From a virus (Duplodnaviria > Caudoviricetes): DNA of 64,000 nt. The notes under the pieces were generated by a model. The model worked only from the letters and a program-made list of their open reading frames with translations. It ran no database searches and had not been told where the DNA came from. This document shows positions 8,675-18,693 of this stretch, piece after piece. Location of the stretch: the IMG/VR virus record IMGVR_UViG_3300020047_005740, positions 777 through 64,776 of that record; one strand, given 5' to 3'. A program made the translations under genes and the position numbers. Within the stretch, counting starts at the first letter, position 1. Every line of letters starts with the position of its first letter.

Positions 8675-10750
8675 TTATTCATCTATAATCTTACTACTGC
8701 TTGAAGACATTGCTGGCGGATTAAAACCACCTATGTTTTTTGGTACCCACGGTAAAGAACCTGCATCATTTGGGGTCACTGGTTTCTCATATACACCATC
8801 TGATACCTCTATAATATTGTAATTTTGTAATGCACTGAGAAATGAGTCATCGCTTGCATTACCTCCGACTATGAACGGTATAGATGCCGCGATTACCTTA
8901 TCTGCATATTCTACGTTCTCTATCTTATTCTTGTCCGACTTATTACTAGCAGTCATAATGTACTGCTTAACATCATCCCAGGTCTTAGCGCCTGCTCGTA
9001 TAGCATGATCAATTGCTACATGTCCTCCGTTGTAGGCAGCGAGTACCATACGAGGGTCTGGTCTTATATCTATACCTCGGGTATCTTTAAACGTTGTAGC
9101 TATAGACTTGCTCACACGCTCATACTGCTTCATTAGAAAAATACCTGCTGCAGGTATAGCTATAGTAGGGTCGGCCAGTTCTTCAGGTGTAAGTCCAAGA
9201 TCAACCTTACCTGTATTAGGCATTATCTGCATAAGACCGACAGCACCTGCACCAGATACAGCACCTATCTTACCTCGGCTCTCTACGTAAGACATACCTT
9301 TGAGTATTGCAGGTGCATTACCCATAACAGGAATAGAGTTGATACGGTCAATGGATTCTTGGTCTAATGTAAAAGCACTTGGTGCTACATTAATGCTTAC
9401 GTTATTTGTACCCAGTAACTTAGACAGTTTCAGCATTGCTGTACCTATACTATCCACTTTAGGTGCGTCCGGTACATTCTGAGATATGCTTGGTGTATTC
9501 GGTGCAACGGGTACGCTCTGTGGTGTACTTATGTACGACGTTGCAGGAGCAGTCCTACGAGCAATCTGTGCTCCTGTCTTAAGCATTTCTTGGTAGCCAT
9601 TCGCGGTACCTCGCGATTGCATACGAGACAGTGTTGCACTATTCCTGTCCCTTGCCATGTTTATGATGGTCTTATTCTGACCAATACCAGTGTTGTTCTG
9701 CGGTACTCCTTCTGCTAGGCCAGCCCCTGTAGGTGTGTCATCTGGAGATGTCTGCTCTGGGTAACCGCTTACCTTAGCGTTGATACGCAGTGTGTTAAGA
9801 TATTTCTGATACTGTCTACCCTCTTCAGGGCTTAGGTTCCTCGCTATGACATTCTTACCGTCAGCAACAACATACGTTGCCTGACCGTCTGGAATTATTG
9901 TTGGTCTTACTATGTTTTTAAATGCGTCTGTTTCCAGTTCGTTTCCTATTACATTAACTGTATTGGAACTGTATATACGAAGTTTGCGAGGGTCTACATT
10001 ACCGCCTCTTGACGTTGCATATTCCTGGTATTCAGGCATACCATTTATAGCAACCTGAGCTTCTGACAACTCCTGCTCGTTCTTAAGTTTATATGCCTCT
10101 TCTTTCTTAGCCTTGTCTGCGTCCATCGCTGCATAACGCTTCTCCATCTCAACAGCACTGATGGATTGCTTCCAAGGATTAACGAGGTCAGGGTTTACTC
10201 CTTGTGCTTCGAGAGCAGCGATTGACCGCGCCCCAAAATCAGGATACCTCAACAACGTTCCGAGCACGTTGTTGTTTCTAAATATCGCTTCCTTGTTAGC
10301 AGGCAGAGGGTCTGACAGCGCAGTACTAACTGCAGACATATTCTCTATATCCTGTCTCTTCTGAGAGGACTCAGCAGCTCTGGCTTTAAGGTCTTCTAAT
10401 TTCTGAGACTTATAAATCTCTTCGTTGTCACGGATAATTTGTGCCTGAAGCTGTGCCTCCAGTGCAGCACTTTCTTTTAAAGTACCTTCAGCAACAGCCG
10501 CCTGCTCTTTCGCAGCACGTACTTCTGGGTCACTGTTAAATTCATTCTGTATCTGCTGTGCCTCTAACGCAGCGAGTCCAGACGCAACAGACGTTCCTGT
10601 TTGAATTGCATCTGTAACACCTTCTGCAACAGCCTGCCATGTCGTCTTCTGTGCGTTGCCCTGGCTAATACCAGCAGACGCTGCATTACTAAACAGGTTT
10701 ACATCTACTCTTGGTCCCTGCGGATTGAAACTACTATAGCTTTGTGGCAT
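8675..10750 (-). CDS. Internal virion protein with lytic transglycosylase (SLT) domain
   Basis: VESRG...GAVGLMQIMP...LAAYNGG...EYADKV SLT motifs in the C-terminal third. Confidence 0.85.
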   Translation of the reverse strand: MPQSYSSFNPQGPRVDVNLFSNAASAGISQGNAQKTTWQAVAEGVTDAIQTGTSVASGLAALEAQQIQNEFNSDPEVRAAKEQAAVAEGTLKESAALEAQLQAQIIRDNEEIYKSQKLEDLKARAAESSQKRQDIENMSAVSTALSDPLPANKEAIFRNNNVLGTLLRYPDFGARSIAALEAQGVNPDLVNPWKQSISAVEMEKRYAAMDADKAKKEEAYKLKNEQELSEAQVAINGMPEYQEYATSRGGNVDPRKLRIYSSNTVNVIGNELETDAFKNIVRPTIIPDGQATYVVADGKNVIARNLSPEEGRQYQKYLNTLRINAKVSGYPEQTSPDDTPTGAGLAEGVPQNNTGIGQNKTIINMARDRNSATLSRMQSRGTANGYQEMLKTGAQIARRTAPATSYISTPQSVPVAPNTPSISQNVPDAPKVDSIGTAMLKLSKLLGTNNVSINVAPSAFTLDQESIDRINSIPVMGNAPAILKGMSYVESRGKIGAVSGAGAVGLMQIMPNTGKVDLGLTPEELADPTIAIPAAGIFLMKQYERVSKSIATTFKDTRGIDIRPDPRMVLAAYNGGHVAIDHAIRAGAKTWDDVKQYIMTASNKSDKNKIENVEYADKVIAASIPFIVGGNASDDSFLSALQNYNIIEVSDGVYEKPVTPNDAGSLPWVPKNIGGFNPPAMSSSSSKIIDE

Positions 10751-13064
10751 GGCGCTTCATACTCAAAAATAGACCGTCGTTTACGCCACCGCTAAAATTG
10801 CTTGCAACGTAATATCCTGTGTCATCGTACACCATATCAGCCGCACGCTGTGCTGATACAACATCTATCGCACTAAACCTACCCTCTGCAAAAGCCTGGT
10901 TTGCGAGCTGATATGCCTGCTCTTTATTCACGATGTTATTCAGTGCGTACTCTCTTCTCATAGCCACAGCTACTTCTTCAAAGGTGCCTTTGAGAAGTGG
11001 ACCTACCGTTTTGTATCTCATACCCTTTGCATCTATCTCAGGGTTAGATTCACCGTGCACCAGTCTTTCAAGGTTCACACCCATCACGTTAAGCATAGTA
11101 GGCAGTGCGTCTATCGACCCCTTACCGACCACATTCTTTAACGTGTTGTATACTACTGCCGACCCAAGACCTTCTGGATTAAATACGTTCAGCTTGTTGA
11201 GTCCTGATACAAAGGCCGACCCACCGATAACACCTCTGTCCTGCTTAATCCCGTCCTTTGTCCAGTTACGGTAGACCTTAAGAGCTGCTTCACTTGCAAC
11301 GATTGGATTATCAAACATGGTAGTGTCGGCATTTGCCTCTGGCACCACGATATTCCTGCCCTTGATGTTTGTAAGCGCCACGTATCCAGATGGAGCAGGC
11401 TTACCCATAGGCATACTCACCGCACCGATTCCATACTGGGGGGTGGGGGTAGCACCTACAGCAGAGAGTTCTTTCTCTGTAATAGGTACAGCGCGTCCGT
11501 CTGCTCCGAACCCTAGCATACCCATAGCATTTAAAGACTGGGCTATCTCAGGAGCAGTCTGTTTAGCGCCTCCTGCAGCTTCCTGTGCAGCAGTATAGTT
11601 TACCCAATCACGCGCAAGGGGTACTACGTTTACCTGTGCAGAGGAGAGACGGAGACTATCGGCAACGGTCATTCCAGGGATACCTGGGAGTTTAGGCGTG
11701 ACCATCTTATCATGTATCGTCTTACCGTCGCTGAATTTATACCCCTGTACAGAGGCATTTGCTACGGCAACCGATTTCTGTGCAGGACTGAGCACACCCC
11801 ACTTCTCGTAGAGCGTGTATCCCATGTGACCTATAAGGTCTCGTGAGCCGAGCTTGTTTACAAACTCTTCAACGTTGTCGTTGTTATGAAGATTATCCAG
11901 TTCCTCGAAGTAAGGCTTGTCTGTTGTGCGTAGTTCGAGGGTTCTAAAAGAACTCAGGTCTTCCGGTGTAAACGCTCCGACAGCGTTCATAAGAGCGCCT
12001 GTCATCTGCATCGCAGGTTGACCTGCTTTCATGTTTGTATTGGCAGCAATGGTAGGGTCTGTGTAGACAGTTGCGCCATTGCTATCGATTCCAGCCTCTA
12101 TGACAGAGGCACTCGGTCTATCCGTTATACCGATGGAGCCGAGCATTTTTGTAGTAGCTTCTGCCTGCTGTACTTCCTTAGCACCTGTCTTTAATTGCTC
12201 TGCGAATGCAGTTAGTTCATCCTTGTTAGTGATATCCATCGTGCCGTGATGTTCACTAACCTTTGCGGCGTTTGCGATTTCAAATCTTTCCTGTTCTGAC
12301 TTCTGTAGCCAATCGGGGAACATCTCATAGAACGCAGCATATCCCCACTTATCATAAGCTGTGAGGTCATCCTCATTACGACTATCTGCGAATTTGTTAT
12401 TTACCCAGACACCTTCTTCGTCCTTGCCTACAAAGTCAGCAGCAAGGTCACTGCGTATTAGTTCTTCCTTAGACCGACCAGCAGTAAGGAAAGCAGCTCC
12501 TGCAAGTGCGTCAGGGATATCAACGCCACTCTCTCTGAGCTTATTAATCCTATCTCCTTCGGTCTTCCACTTATCACTATCACCGAATAGACCTGTGATA
12601 CGGGCTATCTCTGAAAGACCACCTGAGCTGATTGCTGTCTGTATACGTGACGCCTTACCCCAAGCACCTTTTGGTTTCTTGTCACTGATTAGGTCTTTAA
12701 CACCTTGATAGACCATTGCAGTTCCTATTGCTGCTCCAACGTATGGTGCAAAAGGTGCAAGAGCTTTTCCTGCTGCGGTAAGACCTCCTGTTTGACTTGC
12801 GGCACCTGTCTGTGTGGCAGCTCCTGCCGCCGCTGTTCCACCTGTATGTGTTGCACTTACTATTACTGGTGTAGCCACTTCAGAGGCGAACATGGATGAG
12901 ATTGCTTTACCGACTGCTGCACCTGCAGCGATGTTCTTTCCAAGTGATGCAATGGTGCGTGTTGGAGTCGATGCAGCAGGTGTACCACTGGCAGTACCCT
13001 CTTCAGGAGGATTAGTGTCTATTACAGGTCCGACAGGTCTGAAACTCTCATAGCCTTGTGGCAT
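10734..13064 (-). CDS. Internal virion protein, putative
   Basis: About 776 aa, Gly/Ala-rich hydrophobic N-terminal segment, among core genes; start set at MPQGY with an AGGTGA RBS. Confidence 0.6.
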   Translation of the reverse strand: MPQGYESFRPVGPVIDTNPPEEGTASGTPAASTPTRTIASLGKNIAAGAAVGKAISSMFASEVATPVIVSATHTGGTAAAGAATQTGAASQTGGLTAAGKALAPFAPYVGAAIGTAMVYQGVKDLISDKKPKGAWGKASRIQTAISSGGLSEIARITGLFGDSDKWKTEGDRINKLRESGVDIPDALAGAAFLTAGRSKEELIRSDLAADFVGKDEEGVWVNNKFADSRNEDDLTAYDKWGYAAFYEMFPDWLQKSEQERFEIANAAKVSEHHGTMDITNKDELTAFAEQLKTGAKEVQQAEATTKMLGSIGITDRPSASVIEAGIDSNGATVYTDPTIAANTNMKAGQPAMQMTGALMNAVGAFTPEDLSSFRTLELRTTDKPYFEELDNLHNNDNVEEFVNKLGSRDLIGHMGYTLYEKWGVLSPAQKSVAVANASVQGYKFSDGKTIHDKMVTPKLPGIPGMTVADSLRLSSAQVNVVPLARDWVNYTAAQEAAGGAKQTAPEIAQSLNAMGMLGFGADGRAVPITEKELSAVGATPTPQYGIGAVSMPMGKPAPSGYVALTNIKGRNIVVPEANADTTMFDNPIVASEAALKVYRNWTKDGIKQDRGVIGGSAFVSGLNKLNVFNPEGLGSAVVYNTLKNVVGKGSIDALPTMLNVMGVNLERLVHGESNPEIDAKGMRYKTVGPLLKGTFEEVAVAMRREYALNNIVNKEQAYQLANQAFAEGRFSAIDVVSAQRAADMVYDDTGYYVASNFSGGVNDGLFLSMKRHATKL

Positions 13065-13070
13065 AATCAC

Positions 13071-14306
13071 CTACACCTTAATACCGCCTAGACCCGCCAT
13101 TATACCTACTATGGATCCAGCGCCTTCAATTATACTTCCAATCTCATTACTACCCTGTGTTTTATCTTTCTCACGTTTACGTATTGCTTCTGCACGGTTA
13201 CGTTCACCGATAGCAAAGTTGGTGTTTATGTCTATCTGCTCACCTGCGGCAACAGAGTTCACATACGCATTGAGATAATTAAAATAGGATAATGCAAACT
13301 CATTCTTAGCGTTAGCATTAAACGTTCTCACGTTGTACTTCATGGTCTTATTGAACTCTCTATTACGTGTAATAAGAGAGGTAAGAAATTGAGACTGGTT
13401 AACTGACGTGTTAAGAGCGTTGTCAGGAGAGAGTAGTGTGTTCTTATTAAACTCTCCAAAGTAGTTGTTTGTCATCTCTGCAGCAGAAACAGTTGGCATA
13501 ATCTTAACCTGACTACCCGCTGTACTGTACTGCGTATCTGCAAGGAACAGATTTGCCTGTGCTTCAACATTCTTACCAAGCAGGTCATTGCCATACTTAC
13601 TAAGGTCAATCCTCTCTCGCGCACTCATGAGGTCAGATGCCTTACGTGCAGCAGAACTGTTAACTCCAAAGCCTGACGTTGCTGCAATATCTGCGGCATC
13701 GCTCCTAATCCCCAGCTCTAACGCTCTGTCAGTAACTGCGTCAGGTGCTCGTCCTTCAGAAAACGCTATCGCGTTCTGTCGTATTCTTTCAAAGTCTTCA
13801 CGCGCTCCAGGTACAGCACTGGCAACCTGTGCCTCTCTCTGTGCCTGATTAAATTGATTGTCTATAGCAATCTGGTCTCGTGATAGTTGTGCTGACTTAG
13901 GCACGTAAGAAAGAAGACCTTCTAGTTCTGTATTAACAGCATCAAGACCAAACTTCTTAGCCTGGTCATAATTCTTATCCATCTCACCGCGTGTGGCGGT
14001 GCCGAAGCCTTCTGCAAACTTTACAGGGTCGATAAACGTGTACGGTGCTCTTTTTGACCGGAGACCTTTGAAGGAGATCGTTTCTGCCTCTGGAAATAAG
14101 CCGCCTATAAACTCAGGCACTGCTCCAAAAGACGCTGGATATTCTGCGTCACCAGACGCCCCACTATCTGAACTTCCTGCTTCTTCGCCTCTATCAGGTA
14201 AAGAATCGCCCGATGGTTTTGTAATAGAATTAGGATCCTCGCCTCGTTTTTCTGCGTCTCTTAGGCGATTATAATAGGCGTCCCATACAGCCCTATTTGT
14301 TGCCAT
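13071..14306 (-). CDS. Internal virion / DNA pilot-like protein, putative
   Basis: About 411 aa, Ala/Asn/Gln-rich with a Gly-rich hydrophobic C-terminus; first of four consecutive core-type genes. Confidence 0.55.
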   Translation of the reverse strand: MATNRAVWDAYYNRLRDAEKRGEDPNSITKPSGDSLPDRGEEAGSSDSGASGDAEYPASFGAVPEFIGGLFPEAETISFKGLRSKRAPYTFIDPVKFAEGFGTATRGEMDKNYDQAKKFGLDAVNTELEGLLSYVPKSAQLSRDQIAIDNQFNQAQREAQVASAVPGAREDFERIRQNAIAFSEGRAPDAVTDRALELGIRSDAADIAATSGFGVNSSAARKASDLMSARERIDLSKYGNDLLGKNVEAQANLFLADTQYSTAGSQVKIMPTVSAAEMTNNYFGEFNKNTLLSPDNALNTSVNQSQFLTSLITRNREFNKTMKYNVRTFNANAKNEFALSYFNYLNAYVNSVAAGEQIDINTNFAIGERNRAEAIRKREKDKTQGSNEIGSIIEGAGSIVGIMAGLGGIKV

Positions 14307-14712
14307 GAATCTCACTCATAATATTTTTCTGTGCCTGTTCTTGTCCAATCGATATTGACGTAAGCGTCGCGTCAATCGTTTGCTGGTTAACGTATAACAC
14401 GACAAGCACTGCAATGCCTACCATGCTTCCAAGTATCAGGTAGTGACTCACAAGCGGTATCTGACCTTTTCCAGACGCCTTATCATTCGCTATCTGGAGC
14501 CTATCTTCGAGCTTACTAAATCTCTTCTCAGCATGTTCGTGAGTAGCAGCCATACGGTCTGCCGCAGATGACATTGTATTCTGTGCCGTCGTGATTCGTT
14601 CTAGGATTACCTGCATACGTGGTAACTCCACCGTGATAATGGGATGCATATCCTCTACCTTTTTTCTAATGCCCAGAAGAATTGCGCGGTCGGTCTCTTT
14701 ACCATTTTCCAT
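14293..14712 (-). CDS. Membrane protein with coiled coil and one TM helix (holin-like candidate)
   Basis: LILGSMVGIAVLVVLYV TM segment after a coiled coil; GAGGGG RBS before ATG 14712. Confidence 0.5.
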   Translation of the reverse strand: MENGKETDRAILLGIRKKVEDMHPIITVELPRMQVILERITTAQNTMSSAADRMAATHEHAEKRFSKLEDRLQIANDKASGKGQIPLVSHYLILGSMVGIAVLVVLYVNQQTIDATLTSISIGQEQAQKNIMSEIHGNK

Positions 14713-15703
14713 ACGCCCCTCTGAGAACTCTTCTGATTGTTCGTCCTGCATTTCTTATCGCTCCACCACTAAGAGGTCTGAACATCTCTAACGGCTGTCC
14801 GTTATTTACCTTCTTAAAATTACCCTCTGTCTCGATGAGTTTCTGCGTATAACCGTCTTTTGTGATTGCCGTCTGCACATCATCGTTGTGCATACTATTC
14901 ACTGTCTGACCTGCCGTATTTAGAATGTATAGGTTATCGAACGGTATTAAGTCGTCGTCAGCATACTTATCCTTCAACCGTATGCGACCAAGCACTGTCA
15001 CCTTACAGACAGGAGGACAATCAGGGATTAGAAATCGCACCCGTCTATACGCAGGAGTGGTTTCATATGGACCATAATCAGAGAGGAATTTCCTACTGCA
15101 CCCTGATTCATCAAGGGAGAGCATGTTCACGTATCCCTTGGTTTCCGTCTTGTATACACCTGTAATTTTTCCAAACAATACAGGCGACGTTTTGATGACG
15201 TTCTTACATACGGATAGCTTCACGCCGACAATTCGCTCACCTTGATGAGTGGTGTATATCTCTCTACCTGTGACATCCACGCCCTTTACAATAACGTGCG
15301 CGTCGTCAGCTTCTTTGCACGTACCCATCACTGCCGGATATCCTCCGCAGCTCGGTAGGTCGTAGACTGTTGGATAGAGATTAGGGTCTTCAAGGAGGGC
15401 GTCTGACTTTAGGCACTCACGGTCGAGCATGTTTCCGCTGTGATACTCGAACCATCTGTTCCAGACAGAGCCTACAGCGCCGTCAATCTTAACCTTGAGA
15501 GGGACTTCCAGCTCCTTCGGCAATGTAATAGTGCCGTTCTCAGCGTAGAACTGAAACTTTCTTTCGTTACCGTATGTGCCGTGGATGAGGAGATATTCAA
15601 GAATCATCCGTACGAAGAGGTCTACGGATGCTGTGTCAGGACATTTACCAGATGTTCCGGCGTATTTTGAGAGGACGCTTTTTGCCGCACCGTAGGTAAT
15701 CAT
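14699..15703 (-). CDS. Head-tail adaptor (tail tubular protein A-like), putative
   Basis: 334 aa, near the nozzle gene; assignment by size and synteny. Confidence 0.55.
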   Translation of the reverse strand: MITYGAAKSVLSKYAGTSGKCPDTASVDLFVRMILEYLLIHGTYGNERKFQFYAENGTITLPKELEVPLKVKIDGAVGSVWNRWFEYHSGNMLDRECLKSDALLEDPNLYPTVYDLPSCGGYPAVMGTCKEADDAHVIVKGVDVTGREIYTTHQGERIVGVKLSVCKNVIKTSPVLFGKITGVYKTETKGYVNMLSLDESGCSRKFLSDYGPYETTPAYRRVRFLIPDCPPVCKVTVLGRIRLKDKYADDDLIPFDNLYILNTAGQTVNSMHNDDVQTAITKDGYTQKLIETEGNFKKVNNGQPLEMFRPLSGGAIRNAGRTIRRVLRGAYGKW

Positions 15704-15717
15704 GTCGTCGTACCACT

Positions 15718-15858
15718 TTATTTAGCAGGCTTCTTAGCTCCTATGTGCCTGGGTTCTCGTGCTGTCTGCGGTACGATCTGAGATGCAGCAGATGTCTCAG
15801 ATGATGTCGGGGGTGTAGATGTGGTTGTGGGACGTTTACTACCGCAAGCACATCCCAC
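15718..15858 (-). CDS. Small protein beginning MGCACG
   Basis: GTG start with GGAGGT RBS; 46 aa. Confidence 0.55.
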   Translation of the reverse strand: MGCACGSKRPTTTSTPPTSSETSAASQIVPQTAREPRHIGAKKPAK

Positions 15859-15874
15859 AAACCACCTCCATAGA

Positions 15875-16120
15875 TTAAGCAGGGCAAGCCGCACTAGCGA
15901 TGCCAGCAAAACCCTTGTTGAACGTATCAGGCTTCACAGTTCCAACATAGGTCTTCGACTTATCTTGTACAGCAGTCGAATTAGGGAACGAGAGAGTCTG
16001 ACCAGAAGCAAACCAGAGACCGATACCAACGAAGTTGCCATACGCCGTAGCGCCAGTCATGCCTTCACGAGTAGCAACCCGAGGAATACTGCAGAGAGGA
16101 AGAAGTTGAACACAGGCCAT
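15875..16120 (-). CDS. Hypothetical structural protein
   Basis: 81 aa, GGAGGT RBS. Confidence 0.6.
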   Translation of the reverse strand: MACVQLLPLCSIPRVATREGMTGATAYGNFVGIGLWFASGQTLSFPNSTAVQDKSKTYVGTVKPDTFNKGFAGIASAACPA

Positions 16121-16137
16121 AAATACCTCCGACTAAA

Positions 16138-16338
16138 TTACTTTTTTGCGCTAAAGGTCTTACCCGTAAACGCACTTGCGATACTGCCAGGACGTTGCTG
16201 TGAAGCAGCTACATCTGACTTAATACCATCAACAAAACGATATGAGCCCTTAGCTGCAGGGGACATGAACATGTCAGCGCCCTTAAAGCCAGCTTTGATT
16301 TTGCTCCATGCACTAGAAAGATTCAGCATCTCAATCAT
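16138..16338 (-). CDS. Hypothetical protein
   Basis: 66 aa, AGGAGG RBS. Confidence 0.6.
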   Translation of the reverse strand: MIEMLNLSSAWSKIKAGFKGADMFMSPAAKGSYRFVDGIKSDVAASQQRPGSIASAFTGKTFSAKK

Positions 16339-16397
16339 GTTGCCCTCCTAAATAGGCTGTCTTAATAATACGGTTACTTTAAACTAATGAAAATACC

Positions 16398-16841
16398 CTA
16401 TATCGATGTGAATAACGCTGGATAATACGTATACGGTCCGGCTCCTGCAGGTATTGCATTGGCAATGAGAGCAGCATAATCCGGTGCGGTGAATACAGTG
16501 GATACAGCGGTGAAGCTAAAACCTGCAGGTGGGTTAGCACTATCTCCATAGAGCCAGAAAATCTGCTGTGGAGCAGGGAATACCTGTACCCAGGAACCGC
16601 CAGAGTAGAGGTACATTCCTACGAACCCACCGCTATTGGCGAGCCTCCACCAAATCTTGTTCCTATCAGCCTGTCCTGGTTGGACGTTCGATATTACTAC
16701 GTTTGAGAACGACTGATTAGGTATCTCGATAGTGAGGTACTGACCGAGTGCCTTTAGAAGCTCTGTGAAGTTACTGAAACATGCACTGTCTGGTACACCT
16801 GCTACCTTTACAGCACCTTTTATAGAACTCTGAGTTGCCAT
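16398..16841 (-). CDS. Hypothetical tail protein
   Basis: About 147 aa, coupled (TAATG) to the nozzle gene; VISNVQP...KIWW pattern seen in tail proteins. Confidence 0.55.
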   Translation of the reverse strand: MATQSSIKGAVKVAGVPDSACFSNFTELLKALGQYLTIEIPNQSFSNVVISNVQPGQADRNKIWWRLANSGGFVGMYLYSGGSWVQVFPAPQQIFWLYGDSANPPAGFSFTAVSTVFTAPDYAALIANAIPAGAGPYTYYPALFTSI

Positions 16842-18691
16842 TAACATTCTCCATTATCAGGAATAAGCCAATAATCAAAGCAGCTCATAGGAGCTGGCTC
16901 TGCTTCCGTAGGGTCACAAGCTGTATCAAGCTCGTTACGTGGGAGTACCCGACCCTTAAGTTTAAGATACTCCAATTCCCAGTATTTAGCCTCTATCGTT
17001 AAGCGTAGCTGCACACCCTTGTATACATGCGCGAGGTCATTAGTGCCTGGGATACATTCGTTCTCGTCTACGCTTCCGATCGTAAGGTCTCGTATACCCT
17101 GACGACCGAGACCGTTAGGGAAAGGAACATCAGACTCACACTGCTCAACAGGTGCCGTATACGTATAGTCTTTCCAGTGGATAAATGACTCGGACGTGGA
17201 AGGTTTGTAGTCAACAGAAATGTCCATCTTTTCCTCGATGCTCCGCATACCAAGGTCAAGACTATGTAGCGCCTTATTAACCGTACCGTCTGTGTTGTCA
17301 TACTCTTTAGTGACGAGCACGGAGCGAACCTTCCTCTGCTTACCGTCAATAGTGTCATATGTTGAATCAGGGTCCATATAGAAGAGTCCATTCTGCCCTC
17401 GATGTTTTCCTGCTATGTAGAGCCTTTCATCTATCTCTGCAAAATCCATGAACCCTACACCTGTCCATAGCCCTGTCCAGATAGGAGGAGCGTCCTGGGT
17501 AAGTCCAGCGTTTACGTCAAGCTCCATTACGACAACACCAGCATTTACATAATCTGTCTGTATGACTCCCTCTGCACTGATACAGTCAACGCGGTAAGGG
17601 TTACATGTGGTGAATACCTTATTTCTATAATAGGTGGTTACACCGACGAATTTAATCGTAGGGTCTACATACTGAAGAAAGTTAGACACCTCACGAGATA
17701 TAGGTGAACTTCCCCAACGCTTCTGATCGTTACGTGACATAGAAAGCGCATATATCTGACCGTCCTTACCAAGAAACAGGACATCAGAATTAACATTTGT
17801 AAACGCTCGTGGACCGACAACACCTGTTGTTGGCAGAAGCATAGATCCGAATACCTGGCTATTTGCAGTACCTTGCCATTGTCCACGCGGAACGTCTGTA
17901 CGATAAGAATAGATGGAGTTCTGTGTAGCGACGAGTAGTGGTCCGATACCAGTTGATGTATCTACAACCTGTAGAAATCCCATCGCAGTGATAGCATCGC
18001 TATTCTTGTTTGCTGTAGGTATCTGATACACGTCCCCGACGTACGGAGAGGATGGGTACAGGACTTCAAAGAATGTTACAGGTGCGCTCGGTGTAGCAGG
18101 TGAGCCAGACGGGTCTCCTGCAGTCCAGTCGATTCCTGCGTTCGCAATGCATAACCTATTCTGGTTATACGCACCCATCACAGCAATCGGCACTTCGTAT
18201 AGTGTCGGATCTGCACGACGTATGTTGATACCGTCAATGATGAACGGGTAATTAGGCCAGTCGAATATGACAAGATAGTTTCCAGCGTTAGACCAGTTAA
18301 CCCTATCCGCATATACGTTTAGTTGGTCGGTCGGGTTCATTACGGATACAAGGCCCGTAGATATATTGATGAGGAAGATGAATCCTGAGATTACGTAGAT
18401 GGCATATTTGTCAGGTCCAATCCCGTACGGTATGAATGACTGAAATTTTCCGTTTAGGTATATGTTCTCAAACGATACGAACGAACCCGTCTCTCTCTGG
18501 TAGTCTCCAGCAGTGCTGAAGTCCAGCTCTCTCTGCACAATTCCCCAACGAGGTGTGAGGGATGTACTCTGTGCAGATACGTTTACTCCGATGTAGTACT
18601 GATTAGGTTGTAGCGCATGTGGATTTACTCCGGCGTTTTGTCCACCGGAGAAATTTGTCGTACCGTCTGGGACGATAGTTGATGCGACCAC
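16841..18691 (-). CDS. Tail nozzle / stabilisation protein (tubular protein B, P22 gp10-like beta-propeller), putative
   Basis: 616 aa, N-terminal NFSGG motif, beta-rich; size and position fit. Confidence 0.7.
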   Translation of the reverse strand: MVASTIVPDGTTNFSGGQNAGVNPHALQPNQYYIGVNVSAQSTSLTPRWGIVQRELDFSTAGDYQRETGSFVSFENIYLNGKFQSFIPYGIGPDKYAIYVISGFIFLINISTGLVSVMNPTDQLNVYADRVNWSNAGNYLVIFDWPNYPFIIDGINIRRADPTLYEVPIAVMGAYNQNRLCIANAGIDWTAGDPSGSPATPSAPVTFFEVLYPSSPYVGDVYQIPTANKNSDAITAMGFLQVVDTSTGIGPLLVATQNSIYSYRTDVPRGQWQGTANSQVFGSMLLPTTGVVGPRAFTNVNSDVLFLGKDGQIYALSMSRNDQKRWGSSPISREVSNFLQYVDPTIKFVGVTTYYRNKVFTTCNPYRVDCISAEGVIQTDYVNAGVVVMELDVNAGLTQDAPPIWTGLWTGVGFMDFAEIDERLYIAGKHRGQNGLFYMDPDSTYDTIDGKQRKVRSVLVTKEYDNTDGTVNKALHSLDLGMRSIEEKMDISVDYKPSTSESFIHWKDYTYTAPVEQCESDVPFPNGLGRQGIRDLTIGSVDENECIPGTNDLAHVYKGVQLRLTIEAKYWELEYLKLKGRVLPRNELDTACDPTEAEPAPMSCFDYWLIPDNGEC

Positions 18692-18693
18692 AC

